A stretch of 59,257 bases of DNA from Cyanobacteriota bacterium (lineage in GTDB: Bacteria > Cyanobacteriota > Cyanobacteriia > PCC-6307 > Cyanobiaceae). The translations under genes and the position numbers were made by a program. How positions within the stretch are numbered: position 1 is the first letter of the stretch; the number at the start of each line of letters is the position of its first letter. The notes beneath the pieces are model-generated. The model saw nothing but the letters and a program-made list of their open reading frames with translations, made no database searches and was not told where the DNA came from. Of the stretch, positions 58,928 through 59,257 are shown in pieces. Location: the NCBI GenBank assembly GCA_046338875.1, contig JBKDVK010000029.1, positions 1 through 59,257 of the forward strand, written 5' to 3'.

Positions 58928-59257
58928 ATGGTTGTCCTGCCTGCACTCAGACGGTCCCTGATAACGCTGACCGTTCTTGCCCTTCCCCTGGGGGCATCTG
59001 CACAGGAATCCTCGCTGCAAGATCTTGGTGGCGCTCTGGTTGCGCCGCAGCCGCCGGCAGTGATCTACTCGGCGAAGGAGATCGTCACCCTCGATCCGGC
59101 CCGCCCAAGCGTGGCGGCCGTGGCCGTGGCGGGGGACCGCATCCTGGCCACGGGCAGCCTGGATCAGGTGCGCACAGCCCTGGGCCCCAGACCATATCGG
59201 CTCGATACCAGCTTCGCTGATCAGGTGATCGTGCCCGGTCTGATCGCCCAGCACGAC
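58928..59257 (+). CDS. Secreted amidohydrolase (YtcJ-like), 5' part (truncated by window)
   Basis: Manual translation gives MVVLPALRRSLITLTVLALPLGASAQ...IVTLDPARP..AAVAVAGDRILATG...VIVPGLIAQHD: a signal peptide plus the amidohydrolase N-terminus leading into the metal-binding HxH motif. Confidence 0.8.
   Translation, partial: MVVLPALRRSLITLTVLALPLGASAQESSLQDLGGALVAPQPPAVIYSAKEIVTLDPARPSVAAVAVAGDRILATGSLDQVRTALGPRPYRLDTSFADQVIVPGLIAQHD

Noticed and set aside
58901-59254. 117-aa minus-strand ORF
   Set aside because: It is antisense to the better-supported plus-strand amidohydrolase beginning at 58928.

Overview
This is a GC-rich chromosomal segment from a picocyanobacterium of the Cyanobium/Synechococcus cluster 5 type, judged from psbA, psbK, ndhD, a picocyanobacterial CP12, cyAbrB and several cyanobacterial DUF genes. 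About 56 kb is core housekeeping: trpS, thrS, glk, thrB, ndhD, prlC, obgE, uup-like ABC-F, psbA, glgB, tamB, proA, cinA, glyA, tRNA-Arg, murJ, sfsA, ispH, purH, cobS, tgt, psbK and a GH15 phosphorylase-kinase-like gene. Two accessory patches stand out. (1) The AT-rich right end (~57.2-58.9 kb) looks like an integrase-less integron remnant. It has a well-formed attC site right after azoR, an attI-like site with direct repeats and a mutated core on the other side of a divergent hxlR-azoR pair, and oppositely oriented attC/cassette debris. (2) A decayed Phd/VapC toxin-antitoxin module lies after psbA. The antitoxin is fused in frame to a toxin fragment whose conserved Glu codon appears to have become TAG, and a triplicated palindromic operator sits upstream. 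Short 13-19 bp tandem arrays also recur at gene 3' ends, often containing the stop codons. No CRISPR array, rRNA, transposase or integrase was seen. All calls come from reading the sequence by eye, with no database searches.
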